Counted from the stretch's first letter, positions 7,265-14,924 are shown. The stretch is DNA of 18,535 nucleotides from a virus (IMGVR_UViG_3300049617_000342:1-18535), one strand, 5' to 3'. Notes: a model not told the origin generated them from the letters alone. Made by a program: numbers and translations.

Positions 7265-7585
7265 GTGAAGGAGCTATCGCCCTCGCAGGGCTTCATAAAG
7301 ATCAAGCGGGCCAGGTACAGCCTGGACGAGACCAAGAGGTTCCTCTTCTTCTGGAAGAGGGACGACGTGAACGGCAAGTGGAGCGCCCACTACACCGACC
7401 TGGTACTGGACAAGAAGAACATACGGATAGTCATGCCCGGCACCGAGGACACCGACAACGACCCCTGGTACCAGCGCATAGTGGACAGCTTCACCATAAT
7501 CAGGACCTACTGCGGCAGGGACTACTGGGTCAAGGAGAGCGTCGAGGAAGTCAACAAGATGCTCGGAGAAGAGAAGGCCGAATGA
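7265..7585 (+). CDS. Hypothetical protein (106 aa)
   Basis: AGGGAG SD before GTG; first gene of a divergent block; ATGA overlap at end. Confidence 0.74.
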   Translation: MKELSPSQGFIKIKRARYSLDETKRFLFFWKRDDVNGKWSAHYTDLVLDKKNIRIVMPGTEDTDNDPWYQRIVDSFTIIRTYCGRDYWVKESVEEVNKMLGEEKAE

Positions 7586-8121
7586 AGAGACTGTTCATAC
7601 TCTTAGCCCTGATGTGCGGGTGCACCGGACCGTCGGGCTCCAACGGAGCCAACGGCGGTAACTGCCTGGTCAGCTCCAGCCCCGTCAGCACGAACCAGCC
7701 CTACGGCGGCGTGCTCATCACCTGCCCGGGCGAGGCTCCCCTGATGATCAACAACGGACCGGGCGGCGTGGCGACCACCGGCTCGACCAGCAGCTTCTCC
7801 CCTACCATAGCGATCGAGCCCTGCGGCTCGGCGTCGGCGCAGTACAAGGAGGCCCTGCTTGGACTCGTGGGCGGCGGCGTGTACGCGTTCTACGCGGGCA
7901 CCAGCGGCTCGACCCTGGCGGCGGCCAACGTACTCATCCCCGACAACAACTACTGGGACACCGACACCAGCGAGTGCAACTTCAGCGTGACCACCGCCTC
8001 CGACGGCACCAGGACGGTGAGCTGGAACGGCAGCACCAACAACGGGCACCCCGCGGGCTACTACCCCGCCGGCAGCGTGGTCTACACCCCGGCCACCATG
8101 AGCTGGAACCCGGGGCCCTGA
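7582..8121 (+). CDS. Putative lipoprotein (179 aa)
   Basis: MKRLFILLALMCG-C signal peptide II/lipobox-like; G-x-x repeats (GPSGSNGANGG); Gly/Ser/Thr-rich beta-type body with Cys residues. Confidence 0.78.
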   Translation: MKRLFILLALMCGCTGPSGSNGANGGNCLVSSSPVSTNQPYGGVLITCPGEAPLMINNGPGGVATTGSTSSFSPTIAIEPCGSASAQYKEALLGLVGGGVYAFYAGTSGSTLAAANVLIPDNNYWDTDTSECNFSVTTASDGTRTVSWNGSTNNGHPAGYYPAGSVVYTPATMSWNPGP

Positions 8122-8840
8122 TGGTAGTCAGGGAGATCCTCCCCAGAGTCTATCTGCTCACCTCGAACAGCACCAGGAAGCTGGCCCGGATGTTCGTGCG
8201 CCTCGAGGAGTACTTCGAGAGCCCCAACCCGGCCTTCAGGGACAACGTCTTCGACATGGGCAAGTTCCGTAAGTGGTACCGGCAGGACCGCAAGGCCAAG
8301 CACTTCACCTACTACACCGACTGGACGGGCTTCAACGTGCCCGGCCACGTGGTCGACGTGTTCAGGGACGCCAAGAACAAGACACCCGCCGAGAAGGAGC
8401 TGTTCAAGCACCTGCCGCACACCAGGGAGCCCAGGCAGGGCGAGATGCCCGTCTACTACAACACCACCGAGCACAAGATCGACGTGATGGGCAAGTACTA
8501 CGTCATAGCGTCCCACGGCAGCAGCCGGACCACGGTGAGGCACGAGGTCGGCCACTCCCTCTACTACATGTATCCCGCGTACAGGGACATGGTCAACGAA
8601 GTGCTCGACAAGGCCGAGGCGGCGCCGGGCGGCAAGAGGGCCTTCAGGGCGGTGCGCAGGCTGCTGAGGGAGACGGGCTACGCCAACAAGACCATCAAGG
8701 ACGAGACGCACGCGTTCATAATGGCCGACAGGGACTACCTGGAGGAGGAGGGCGTCTGGGACGCCGGGCTCGACCAGGTCACCCACGACCTCAACACCAT
8801 ATTCGACTCGTTCATGGCAGCACTCGGAGGAAAACTATGA
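8121..8840 (+). CDS. Zincin-like metallopeptidase-motif protein (239 aa)
   Basis: TVRHEVGHSLYY (HExxH) with a downstream DETHAF glutamate as candidate third ligand; TGATG overlap start. Confidence 0.75.
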   Translation: MVVREILPRVYLLTSNSTRKLARMFVRLEEYFESPNPAFRDNVFDMGKFRKWYRQDRKAKHFTYYTDWTGFNVPGHVVDVFRDAKNKTPAEKELFKHLPHTREPRQGEMPVYYNTTEHKIDVMGKYYVIASHGSSRTTVRHEVGHSLYYMYPAYRDMVNEVLDKAEAAPGGKRAFRAVRRLLRETGYANKTIKDETHAFIMADRDYLEEEGVWDAGLDQVTHDLNTIFDSFMAALGGKL

Positions 8841-9052
8841 TAGAAGCGTTGACAGTGATAGCCCTTATGTGCCAGACGCACCCCGGCTACGAGCAGAGCG
8901 CGCAGACGGCTCAGCACGTTCAGAAGCTGTGCATGACAAGGATGATCGGCTGCGTGAAGGCGGCGGCGGCCAAGGACGTGCGCCTCAGGGACATAGACGG
9001 CAAGTGGGTCAGGGCCGTACCCGGATGCGTGGACGGCGAGGCGGAGGAGTGA
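8837..9052 (+). CDS. Small, probably exported Cys-containing protein (71 aa)
   Basis: GGAGG SD, ATGA overlap, hydrophobic N-terminus, four Cys. Confidence 0.68.
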   Translation: MIEALTVIALMCQTHPGYEQSAQTAQHVQKLCMTRMIGCVKAAAAKDVRLRDIDGKWVRAVPGCVDGEAEE

Positions 9053-9315
9053 GCGGCCTGGGCACCAAGACGGAGATGAAGCAGACCGGCGCGATGGCGC
9101 GGGCCGTGGTGGCGAAGCTGGTGGAGCTGGCCAACAAGAAGGGCAAGGTCACCATCAGCAAGGACTTCGGGCACTCCATGAGCTGCACGCTGTCGACCTA
9201 CGACACGCACACCCACCCGGGCTGGACGGACCAGAGCTACGGAAAGACCGAGCTGGACTTCCTCAAGGCGCTCATGCAGGGCCTAGAGACCCTAGAGAAC
9301 CACAAGGAGGACTGA
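9049..9315 (+). CDS. Hypothetical protein (88 aa)
   Basis: GGAGG SD and GTGA overlap; TGATG overlap with the next gene. Confidence 0.7.
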   Translation: MSGLGTKTEMKQTGAMARAVVAKLVELANKKGKVTISKDFGHSMSCTLSTYDTHTHPGWTDQSYGKTELDFLKALMQGLETLENHKED

Positions 9316-9668
9316 TGGCTGAGTTCAGGGACTGGACGGTGTTCGACGGCGGCATAGACTACGGGCAGAGGTTCAGCCCGGACGTCAAGATCGAAATGGA
9401 CGTCCCGGAGCTCCCCGTGATCAACGACAACAACGGCCTCTCCATAGGGGGAGCCAGGAACTTCTACATGCACGGCGGGAAGATGAAGGCCGACGTGTTC
9501 ATACACGACAAGTGGGCCGACCCCATGAACGACATGGCCAAGGCCGGCATGCTGGGCTTCTCCATCTCGGGCTTCGTGATAGGTAAGGACAACGGCAAGG
9601 TGACCAACATCAAGGCCAACGCCGTCAGCGTCGATCACCAGAGGTCCCACTCGTCCAGAAAGACATAG
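9315..9668 (+). CDS. Hypothetical protein (117 aa), possibly an inactive prohead-protease (assemblin-fold) paralog
   Basis: GFSISGFVIGKD resembles the protease Ser motif (KISVEGKVLERD in 12999..13667); VINDNNG aligns to VNSDHSG. The ORF is well supported; the fold call is weak. Confidence 0.6.
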   Translation: MAEFRDWTVFDGGIDYGQRFSPDVKIEMDVPELPVINDNNGLSIGGARNFYMHGGKMKADVFIHDKWADPMNDMAKAGMLGFSISGFVIGKDNGKVTNIKANAVSVDHQRSHSSRKT

Positions 9669-9976
9669 CTGGGCTCCTTGCAGGCCAACAGGTCCCACTG
9701 CTCCTTGGAGATCATCTCCCTCTCCCACGCCCTACGGGAGTGGTGGCTCTCGTCCTTCCAGGCCCTGTTGAAGCTGTTGCGGCCCTTGCTCCCGGGCCAG
9801 TAGCAGTTCCCCTTGACCTTGTCTCGGTTGAACCCCTTTCGCTCGCGCCACTCTTTGCGCGCGAGGTCGGGGGTCTTCCTCTCGAGGCCGGTCTGCCTGA
9901 ACGCGGCGCGGCGGCGGAAGAAGTCCGTGTGCCTGTGGAAGTACTTCCAGTAAGCGGGCCATCCTGTCCATCCCAT
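9635..9976 (-). CDS. Basic, Trp-rich hypothetical protein (113 aa)
   Basis: AGGAGG SD before ATG 9976; overlaps the convergent gene 9315..9668 by 34 nt. Confidence 0.7.
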   Translation of the reverse strand: MGWTGWPAYWKYFHRHTDFFRRRAAFRQTGLERKTPDLARKEWRERKGFNRDKVKGNCYWPGSKGRNSFNRAWKDESHHSRRAWEREMISKEQWDLLACKEPSYVFLDEWDLW

Positions 9977-10042
9977 GTGTTCTCCTCCTATGCTAGAGTC
10001 ACATATTAGATGTCATCGTGCTATCCTCCGTGCCCTGTGGGC

Positions 10043-10076
10043 AAATAAAAAGGCCTCTGGATCTCTCCAGAGGCCT
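10043..10076 (-). terminator. Intrinsic terminator after the major capsid gene
   Basis: Perfect 11-bp stem AGGCCTCTGGA/TCCAGAGGCCT (10051-10061 / 10066-10076), 4-nt loop, followed on the - strand by TTTTATTT. Confidence 0.88.
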
Positions 10077-10105
10077 CGAAACTTCTGCCGTTACCGGCCT
10101 AGCCG

Positions 10106-11635
10106 TTAGGCCTTGCCGATGTTCTGGAAAATCCCGGACTTGCGGGGCGCGAAGATTATGATCGTGCCTGCGAGCCAGAGCAAGAACTCCTTGGCGGTCG
10201 TGATGGGCGCCAAGTTGATCTTCATGAGGGGAGCGAGCTGCCTCCACACCATGATTTCGGGTCTCATGTCCATCATGTAGGCTGTTGCGCTTCCTTGGAA
10301 GCGGTTGCCTGCGTCGATGTACAACGAGATGCTGCCTGCTGAACGCTTCTGGTACCCGACGAACTCGCGGATTCCTGAGCCCTGGCTCGAGGTGCGGTAG
10401 ATCGCGTAGTGGGTAGCGTTTGTGGACACGTCGTAGATGTTGAACGACGCTTGGTTGCCGTTGGCGGAGATCGTCACTGAGACGGTCTCGAGGTAGGCCG
10501 CGCCCTCACCCTGCTCGTTGCAGGATGTTACGCGGTACACGTAGATGTCGCCCGCGCTGAGGTTGGACTGCCCGTTGGGGTTGGAGAATGCGGCCTGGTC
10601 CATCACGTTGCCCGATCCAGCTACGATCGAGGCGGTCGCGTTGTTCCTGAGGTCGCCTGGGGCGTTTGGAACCCCAGCCCGGTCGTTCTGGGACTTCGAC
10701 TGAGACTTGGGTTTCAAGAAGATGTTGGGACGGAGTTGAATTCCACCGGCCGTGGTAACCATCTCACGAACGATGTAACCGGCCTTCCCGTCGGCCATTC
10801 CGAGGGCGTTGACCCTTTCCTTGGGGTAGAACTGCTTGATGAAGTCGGACATGGTCCTGGGGGACATGTGTGTCTGGTCGGGACGTCCGAAGTTCTCCAC
10901 GAGGAGGTTGGCTTCGAACTCGAAGTCAGTCTCGTTCATGAAGTCGCCGAGCTTGTCGTAGATGACGGTGTCTGTTGCACCGTAACCGTCGAAGGCTCTA
11001 GCTTGGGCGGTGAAGTCTGAGTCGCCCTGGCGGATGAGGACCTCTGCTCCGGTCAAGTTGAGGTTCTGGAGCTTGAGGGGGATTGCTTGGTTGGATCCGT
11101 CGAACAGGCCGGCGTTGGAGAACTCGGCCAAACCCTTGTAGAGTTCGCGCTCCATTCTTTCCAACATCCAGAGTGTTCCAGACTGTGACTCGCGGGTCTC
11201 GGGGTCAGCGCCTAGGGCCTGACGGACGAGGGTGGACGCGAGAGAGACGCCCCTGCGGGTGGAGAAGAAGACCACCTTGGCGTTCTGACGGTTGTACTCA
11301 CTGTCGTTCATGGCAGGTGAGCCGGACTCTGGGATGTATGGTGATCCCCCGTCGCCGTAGCTGTTGGTCCTGACGTACTGCTCTGTCAAGCTGTAGGCTC
11401 GGTCTTGGGCGATGCTTGGCCAGAACACGAGGTTCGTGGCGTCATACGTCACAGACTTGAGGGTGGAGTCGAGGGACTCGGCCACGAGAGCCGCTCCGCC
11501 GACGAGGCTGCCTGGGGCGTTTAAGCCGTTGGCGTGGCCGATCTGGAGGGTTTTAACCAACTCCTCGGCTTGCTGCACGTCCATGGACTGGGAAGCCCCG
11601 GTGTTCAGCCCTACGTTAAAAAGATCGTCGAACAT
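10106..11635 (-). CDS. Major capsid protein, HK97 fold, SPO1/phage K (Herelleviridae)-like (509 aa)
   Basis: LVK-T..G...GGAAL..ESLD.TL..VT...NLVFW..I...A.S..EQY...YG..G...I.E.G pattern matches K/SPO1-type MCPs; MERELYKG; FN3-like insertion (YVYRVT...YAIYR); located after protease and scaffold. Confidence 0.92.
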   Translation of the reverse strand: MFDDLFNVGLNTGASQSMDVQQAEELVKTLQIGHANGLNAPGSLVGGAALVAESLDSTLKSVTYDATNLVFWPSIAQDRAYSLTEQYVRTNSYGDGGSPYIPESGSPAMNDSEYNRQNAKVVFFSTRRGVSLASTLVRQALGADPETRESQSGTLWMLERMERELYKGLAEFSNAGLFDGSNQAIPLKLQNLNLTGAEVLIRQGDSDFTAQARAFDGYGATDTVIYDKLGDFMNETDFEFEANLLVENFGRPDQTHMSPRTMSDFIKQFYPKERVNALGMADGKAGYIVREMVTTAGGIQLRPNIFLKPKSQSKSQNDRAGVPNAPGDLRNNATASIVAGSGNVMDQAAFSNPNGQSNLSAGDIYVYRVTSCNEQGEGAAYLETVSVTISANGNQASFNIYDVSTNATHYAIYRTSSQGSGIREFVGYQKRSAGSISLYIDAGNRFQGSATAYMMDMRPEIMVWRQLAPLMKINLAPITTAKEFLLWLAGTIIIFAPRKSGIFQNIGKA

Positions 11636-11663
11636 TCTTGTCTCTCCTATTGGCTTCCCTAGC

Positions 11664-12485
11664 TTAAGCTAGGATGTCTTCGAGCCGTTCATAGTCGGAA
11701 GGCATCAGTTTGCCAAGTTCCGTCCTGGTTATTAGGTCGGTATCGACCCTTCTGTCTCCTGACTTCCTCAACTCGACGAGACGGTCTAGCGCCTCGAGCT
11801 TGCTGAACTTCGGTTTTGCTGCTTCCCTTGCTGCCTCTGCGTCGCCGCTCTTCATGAGGGGCGATGCGCCGGATAGGCCGCGTCGGGGAGCTGCGGGGGC
11901 TGCGGCGAACTTCTCGATGATGCCCTTGAGCTCATCGATCTTCTTGTCGTAGCCTCCGATCTTGTCCTCGAAGCTCTTCCTGAGTTCCTCGATGGCAGCC
12001 TTGCTTGTGTCGGCTGCTGCGGGTGCAGGGGGAGCTGCGGGGGCTGGTGCTGCCTCGGACTTGGTGATGGTCTCGGCTTTGATGAGGCCGCGCTTCTCCA
12101 TCTTGGCCATGATCGACTTGTGCATTTCCTTCAGCTCGTCGTCAGAGCACTCCTCGTCCTTCTTGTCCTTTTCCTTGTCCTTCTTTTCCTTCTCTTCCTT
12201 CTCCTTGGCCGCCTCTGCTTCCTTGTCAAGGGGTGACTTGACGTGGTCGCCCGGCAGAGCCTTCGGCTGCTCGGCGGGTGAGGGGTGGAGGGGGTCCAAG
12301 TCCATTCCCTTGTCTAGGGGAGACTTAACGTGGTCCCCTGGGAGCGGCTTTGGCTGTTCTGCTGGCATTGGATGTAAGGGATCCAAGTCCAGGTTAGCTT
12401 TCTCGAGCTTCTCGTACGTATCGATCGCCTCTGTGAGCACGTCGGATACCGCAGCGAGGAGTTCGGCTTTTGTAGGTTTTGCCAT
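11664..12485 (-). CDS. Putative capsid scaffolding protein (273 aa)
   Basis: Directly upstream of MCP; charged, helical and low-complexity (EKEEKEKKDKEKDKK, APAPAAPPAPAA); many h-x-K-S/A motifs. Confidence 0.7.
   Translation of the reverse strand: MAKPTKAELLAAVSDVLTEAIDTYEKLEKANLDLDPLHPMPAEQPKPLPGDHVKSPLDKGMDLDPLHPSPAEQPKALPGDHVKSPLDKEAEAAKEKEEKEKKDKEKDKKDEECSDDELKEMHKSIMAKMEKRGLIKAETITKSEAAPAPAAPPAPAAADTSKAAIEELRKSFEDKIGGYDKKIDELKGIIEKFAAAPAAPRRGLSGASPLMKSGDAEAAREAAKPKFSKLEALDRLVELRKSGDRRVDTDLITRTELGKLMPSDYERLEDILA
12221..12392. repeat. Two in-frame tandem copies of an 87-nt (29-aa) unit in the scaffold gene
   Basis: LDLDPLHPMPAEQPKPLPGDHVKSPLDKG / MDLDPLHPSPAEQPKALPGDHVKSPLDKE; copies at 12221-12305 and 12308-12392. 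Confidence 0.95.
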
Positions 12486-12512
12486 GTATGGCTCCTTTTC
12501 CTCGTTGGTTCC

Positions 12513-12980
12513 TTAGGCTCCGACTCCGCCTGCGCGGCTGTCGTTGACGATCTGGGTCGTGATGTTCGCGTAAAGGATCTGCGAGCCATCGAGCGTCTCA
12601 TAGGAGGCGCTGTTGATGATGTTCAAGGTAGCGCATCCGATTCTTCCGGCGGCGTACACCAATCGGGCCAAGATGTCGACGTTGTAGGCTGCCGATGCTT
12701 GGTTGAACTGGACGAACAGGTCAGTCTCTGGGAGACCGTTTGCTGACGAGCTTGAAAGCTCGGCAACGACCTGGAAGCCGTTGAAGGCCTTGGCTAGGAA
12801 GGCGATGTAGGCGACTGCCACTCCGCCGATGCTCACCAAGATTGCTGGCGACTCGCCGGCGATTACTGCGTCAGCGGAAGCGCACTGGCTGACTTGGGTG
12901 CTGGCTGAAGCGATGGTAAGGACGATGTCCCTTGCAAGCCTCTTGACCAGTTGGTCCCGTGTATTTGTTGCTAAACTCAT
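12513..12980 (-). CDS. Head-module protein of unknown function (155 aa)
   Basis: GGAG SD; lies between protease and scaffold; same codon style as MCP. Confidence 0.75.
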   Translation of the reverse strand: MSLATNTRDQLVKRLARDIVLTIASASTQVSQCASADAVIAGESPAILVSIGGVAVAYIAFLAKAFNGFQVVAELSSSSANGLPETDLFVQFNQASAAYNVDILARLVYAAGRIGCATLNIINSASYETLDGSQILYANITTQIVNDSRAGGVGA

Positions 12981-12998
12981 CGTCTTGCTCTCCTTTGG

Positions 12999-13667
12999 CT
13001 ATGACGCCCGCTTGGGGGCCGTTTCGGTTTCTTGGACCCTTAGGGCTTCTCTCAGAAGCTGCCGGGCTACTATCGCCAGCTGGTGGACCCTGTTCAGGGG
13101 GTCGTCGCTGGACTCTATGAAGTCTGGTGACTCGGACTTGAACAGCCTCTCCGCGCCCATGCTCTTCGCCATCCCAACCACTTCCGTCATGGTGTTGTGG
13201 TTGGCGGGCTGCACGGTCAGGGCCAGGCCCTTTATCAGCGTTCTCTTGAGGATGTTCCGGTTGCTGGGGTCCCTCTCGAGGACCTTGCCCTCGACGCTGA
13301 TCTTGATGGGGGCTTCCTCCCCCTTGTTCATGTAGTGCCTGTAGATGCTGGCTACTGCGTCAGCCTCCTTGTGCCCTACTCCGTCCCAGAGCTCTATCTT
13401 GCTTGCCAGGAACGGCCTCTTCAGCCTGTCCCAAGCCTTCCTCTGGTAGGGGGTCTCGGCGTCCTCGGCCTTCTCGATCTTCTTGGCGTCGACTACCCTG
13501 CCCAAGAGATGCTCGAATCTGCCGGAGTGGTCCGAGTTGACAAAGCCCTTCCCCTCTTTGAGCGGCGAGATGTCCGCGCCCGCGAGGTTAAGGGTCTCCT
13601 TCTGACTATCCCGATCGGGAGTCGTGGAGACACACTCGATCATGGTGGCCTTCTGGAGGGGTTCCAT
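12999..13667 (-). CDS. Prohead (capsid maturation) protease (222 aa)
   Basis: STTPDRDSQKE, GFVNSDH (catalytic His), KISVEGKVLERD (catalytic Ser), GLALTVQPAN; position in the head module. Confidence 0.88.
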   Translation of the reverse strand: MEPLQKATMIECVSTTPDRDSQKETLNLAGADISPLKEGKGFVNSDHSGRFEHLLGRVVDAKKIEKAEDAETPYQRKAWDRLKRPFLASKIELWDGVGHKEADAVASIYRHYMNKGEEAPIKISVEGKVLERDPSNRNILKRTLIKGLALTVQPANHNTMTEVVGMAKSMGAERLFKSESPDFIESSDDPLNRVHQLAIVARQLLREALRVQETETAPKRAS

Positions 13668-13724
13668 CTGATATGGATTGTCACCCCGAAAGTGTAGACT
13701 GAGATGTCCTGAGTTTGTTTGAGG

Positions 13725-14033
13725 CTAGGGCTGGGGGTCCTGGGGGGAGTCTGGGTCGTCTATCTGCTTGGCGAGCTTGCGGAAGTTGGATACTATCTTC
13801 TTGACCTGGGTGTCGTCGATCATCTCGACGCGGGCAATCCTGGGTGTGGGCATTGGCCGGCCGTTGCCCCTCTGCTCCATCAGGGAGAAGAAGCAGTAGT
13901 TGGACTCGGCGTCAGCGGCGTACCATGGGCACCCGCCAGTCTGGCCCTTGCGAGCCAGATCAACGGCCTTCTTGCCCTCCTGGCATGGCTCCGTTGGGTA
14001 CTGGCTAAGCCCCCTTGGGCAGCGCTTATCCAA
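13725..14033 (-). CDS. Cys-rich protein with a C-terminal HTH-like segment (102 aa, TTG start)
   Basis: C..C...CPW...NYCF followed by MPTPRIARVEMIDDTQVKKIV (resembles sigma-70 region-4 HTH spacing); the start overlaps the HNH stop; the upstream part of track ORF 13725..14207 is an HNH shadow. Confidence 0.6.
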   Translation of the reverse strand: MDKRCPRGLSQYPTEPCQEGKKAVDLARKGQTGGCPWYAADAESNYCFFSLMEQRGNGRPMPTPRIARVEMIDDTQVKKIVSNFRKLAKQIDDPDSPQDPQP

Positions 14034-14487
14034 AATTGGGCCTCGAAAACTCTCCGAAAAACATGTTAGAGGCCTTGTCGTAGGCCCTGGCAGCCTCTTC
14101 CTCAGTGTCGAAGGTCCCAAGCTGTATCTTGGCACTCCACTTGCCCTTGGAAGGGTAGACGCCCTTGTACCTGGAACTGCCTTCGTACTTGCGTCTGTTT
14201 TGGGCATTTTGAGAGGGGGTGCAGAGCCTTAGATTGGAACGCCTATTGTCTAGGCCATCACCGTTGACGTGGTCAACTATGGAGCCCGCAGGAGCCTTGA
14301 GGATGTGCCTGTGCATCTTGACAGCGGTGCGCTTCTTTGAGGTCCTGTTTCTGGAGACGGCATACTGGTTGCCGCTCCTGTCCTTATCGAGGTGCCAGCT
14401 AAGTTGGCTTACAGAGTCGTAGTCTTGAAGGCTGACTAGGGCGAACTTGTCGTTCCCCAGAGGAATCCTGCGAATCAGCTCCGTCAT
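14026..14487 (-). CDS. HNH-AP2 homing endonuclease (153 aa)
   Basis: MHRHIL...IVDHVNGDGLDNRRSNLR...QNAQN (HNH_3 type) plus SSRYKGV...KW...LGTFDTEEEAARAYD (AP2 domain); more A/T-rich than flanking genes. Confidence 0.92.
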   Translation of the reverse strand: MTELIRRIPLGNDKFALVSLQDYDSVSQLSWHLDKDRSGNQYAVSRNRTSKKRTAVKMHRHILKAPAGSIVDHVNGDGLDNRRSNLRLCTPSQNAQNRRKYEGSSRYKGVYPSKGKWSAKIQLGTFDTEEEAARAYDKASNMFFGEFSRPNFG

Positions 14488-14716
14488 TTCTTTGTCCAGG
14501 CTGCTTCCCTTTTCCGGCCATCATCCTGCCGATGGCCTCTACGGCAGCCGACTCGGCTGACTTGACCTTAGTGTACTCCGTAATGGAGACGATGACGTGG
14601 GTGTGCTGGAGCATGTGCTTGTGGGCTCGGAGCTTGCGGAGGTCCCTCAGGAGCTTCTCGACCCCCATTGCCTCCATCTTTATGCTCGCGGCGTGTATCT
14701 CTGCTGTTGTGATCAT
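14399..14716 (-). CDS. Hypothetical protein (~105 aa); 3' end runs 89 nt into the HNH gene
   Basis: Good codon bias up to ~14500, then out-of-frame HNH-derived sequence; no clear SD. Confidence 0.55.
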   Translation of the reverse strand: MITTAEIHAASIKMEAMGVEKLLRDLRKLRAHKHMLQHTHVIVSITEYTKVKSAESAAVEAIGRMMAGKGKQPGQRNDGADSQDSSGERQVRPSQPSRLRLCKPT

Positions 14717-14747
14717 GTGTTGATTATGCGCCGCGCCGGGCAGGGAC

Positions 14748-14924
14748 TTAGGGCGCTGGATCGGCTCCTTTGGGTGGGGGTGCGACGATCTCACACAGGC
14801 TGTAGGGTCCCGCGTTCATGCAGATCACCTTGAGTCCGCCGTTGGACAGATTGTAGACGAACACCGAGACGTAGATGAGCGCGATGGTGGGAATGATCGC
14901 CAGGGCAAGTATCAGTGCTTTCAT
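14748..14924 (-). CDS. Small membrane/exported protein (58 aa, MKALILALAIIPTIALIYVSVFVYNL...)
   Basis: Not in the ORF track; GAGG SD, TGATG overlap, long hydrophobic N-terminus, two Cys. Confidence 0.65.
   Translation of the reverse strand: MKALILALAIIPTIALIYVSVFVYNLSNGGLKVICMNAGPYSLCEIVAPPPKGADPAP

Noticed and set aside
10340-10560. FN3/Ig-like insertion in the MCP as a novelty
   Set aside because: A comparable insertion (Y.Y.V...IYR) is a normal feature of K/SPO1-type capsid proteins.
14026-14487. Group I intron around the HNH gene
   Set aside because: The HNH gene overlaps both neighbours, leaving no non-coding room for an intron core.
14484-14520. Programmed -1 frameshift at GGAAAAG that would end the 14716 gene at the HNH ATGA overlap
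   Set aside because: Not a canonical X XXY YYZ heptamer in the reading frame, and no clear downstream stimulator.
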